Assembly: GCF_009914755.1 (NCBI RefSeq)
Contig: NC_060934.1
From: the human T2T-CHM13v2.0 reference genome, Homo sapiens
DNA length: 64,000 nucleotides
Direction: 5' to 3' (one strand)
Shown: piece by piece, positions 61,831 through 64,000 of the stretch
Layout: every line of letters begins with the position of its first letter
Numbering within the stretch: position 1 is the stretch's first letter
Notes under the pieces: generated by a model
Databases searched by the model: none
What the model was told of the DNA's origin: nothing
What the model saw: the letters and a program-made list of their open reading frames with translations, nothing else
Program-made: the position numbers and the translations under genes

Positions 61831-63037
61831 CAAAAACTTTATATAATTTTTTGATTCTCTTATTAAGAAACAATATACTGTTTTAACAGCCTTGTGACTT
61901 TAAGGAAGTTACTTGAATTTATCTGTTTGCTTTTGTGATGGAATCACCTCAAATACAATCACACAACAACCTGCAATCCCTTTCACACTGAGAACACGTT
62001 GTCATTTAGTTTTGAGCATTCAAACAGTCAATCTGGTTTACTCTAAATCTCTAAAAGTTTATAGTTTCTTTTTGTGTTACAATCTGGCAATCATTGTCTC
62101 TAATACCCTTTTCACTCCGAAATGTCTACGAAATGGCTGGAAGGCCGCTATAGACAAAACAAAATGACATGTCCGTATGACTTTTCCCAAGGCTCTACTT
62201 CTGATGCCTCATAATGCAAAACTGGGTCTCTGATGGCAAAGTCTTCACTTCTTCCAAGACCCATTCAATTCCCCTAATCTCTGCTCTCTTAAAAAAAAAG
62301 AAAGAAAGAAAGAAAGAAAGGTTGACTATGCTTCGAATGACCATGACACTTATTTGGGGGGAAATCTTGAGATCTGAAGAGGCATGTGTTAAAAGTCAGC
62401 ATATTACATATGGGTCAATAATTCATAGCATTTTGCAGGTGCGTTTTACATTTTAAAATTTGGAGTTGTGGCCATTCCCCTGTTTGGGTGAATATAATTT
62501 TTTCTCTACTTTTGCTCTCTTTTTGTAGGTTTCATGCCATTAACCAGAAGTCAAGCCACTCATAAAACTCCACAAACTAGTTTTGTGCATTACTAATAAA
62601 TGTTTACTGCCTTCTCATCATCTACTTTACTATTTTAAAATTATCACTTCACTTGTCTGTCTACCCAGCTCAATCAGGTCCTTCAGGCTTGTTGTTTATC
62701 AGTGATTTTTTTTTCATTTCCATTTTATTGTTTCAAAACTTGATAGGTTCTTTACAATTCAGAATATGAAAAGAATATAGCTGTTTTCTCTGGCTTTTCT
62801 TCAGTGGATACAACTGAAAAGTCAATAAATCTAATACTTGCTTAAAACAGTTATATTAATGAGAATTTAAAGACTCATTTCAAAAAGTAATGCAATGATA
62901 ACATTTAGAAGGAATTTCAAGGTGGCAACTAGATAACCTGGCAATGACTTACATAGAAATCATTAAAGCTGAGATACAGAATAGAAGTAGAGGCTTCGCA
63001 AGAGTAAGTTCTAATCTATAATAAATACAATTCAGTG

Positions 63038-63613
63038 CAGACACTCTTCAACTCACAATGGGGTTATGTCCCGATAAACCCATCATAAGTTGAAAATATA
63101 AATCAAAAGTGCATTTAATATACCTAACCTACTGAACATCATAGCTTAGACTAGCCCACCTTAAATACACTCAGAACATTACTGCAGCCTCAAACTCATG
63201 GGCTCAAGCAATTCTCCTGACTTAGCTTCCTGAGTAGCTAGGACTACAGGCGCACACCCTCACATCCTTTAATTCTTTACATTTTTTATAGAGACGGGGG
63301 TCTTGCTATGTTGCTCAGGCTAGTTTTGAACTCCTGGCCTCCAGCAATCCTTCTGCCTCTGCCTCCCAAAGTACTGGGATTACAGATGTAAGCCACCACG
63401 TCATTAGCCTATAGTTGGGCAAAATCATCTAACACAAAGCCTATCTTATACTAAAGTGTTGAAATCTCATGAAAGTTATTGAATACTGTACTGAAATTGA
63501 AGAAAAGAATGGTTGTAGAGGTACTTGAAGTATAGTTTCTACTGACTGCGTATTTTTGCACCATCAAATATTAAAAATTTCTAAGTTGAACGATCATAAG
63601 TTGGGACCATCTG
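63038..63613. mobile_element. MER47A-like Tigger element split by an Alu fragment at 63182-63400 (minus)
   Basis: cagacactcttcaactcacaatggggttatgtcccgataaacccatc ... cataagttgggaccatctg|ta. Confidence 0.8.
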
Positions 63614-64000
63614 TATATTTATTAAGAAATTAATAGTCACAGAAAGATTAAAAGATGATTTGTGATATAGTCTATCGAGTGATACAAAAATATTATTACT
63701 AACAAGGGAGACAATGATAAATTCTATATGGAAAATATTTGAAAATTTTAAGGTGGTTTCTCAGGCGAAGCCCAGTTCCATCTCAGGTTCTCCATGTTGG
63801 CTACTCCTGTCTGATATGTTCATGCAAGCTGCCTCCTTCTCAGTTTTTAGGTCTTGCTTTAAATATTATCCTCCCCGAGTCTACATTCCTGACTGCTTGA
63901 GCTAAAGTAACCAACTCCCACCCAGTCACTCTTTCAATCACACTGTTTTCTTGTCTTCATAGCTTTTAACACAATGGAAATCATTTTATTTGCTAACTGA

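Overview
Primate (most likely human) genomic DNA made almost entirely of intron of the minus-strand ciliary gene ODAD2 (ARMC4). The only host coding sequence I can support is one 115-bp exon (38843-38957, [38 protein letters not shown]). The rest is dense retrotransposon and DNA-transposon sequence: two full-length dead L1PA elements, old L1M blocks, about 18 Alus or Alu fragments, MaLR LTRs, MER82, Tigger2a, MER47A, MER58, L2 and MIR. Most notable: (1) a full-length L1PA (1528-7682) whose whole 5'UTR is inverted by twin priming, so its antisense promoter and an open, extended ORF0 now face its own ORF1/ORF2 and run co-directional with ODAD2, with a candidate phase-0 splice donor matching the phase expected for the next host exon; (2) a 1.55-kb second-generation retrocopy with a perfect 16-bp TSD inside ORF2 of an L1PA7-like element, carrying unique sequence plus an older RPL36A pseudogene that is itself split by an Alu+L1M DNA patch; (3) an unexplained 108-bp inverted duplication (43679-43786 vs 47009-47116); (4) fold-back copies of flanking L1 sequence inside a (TA)n tract. 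Repeat subfamily calls are from remembered consensus features, not from a search, and repeat boundaries are approximate unless a TSD is cited.
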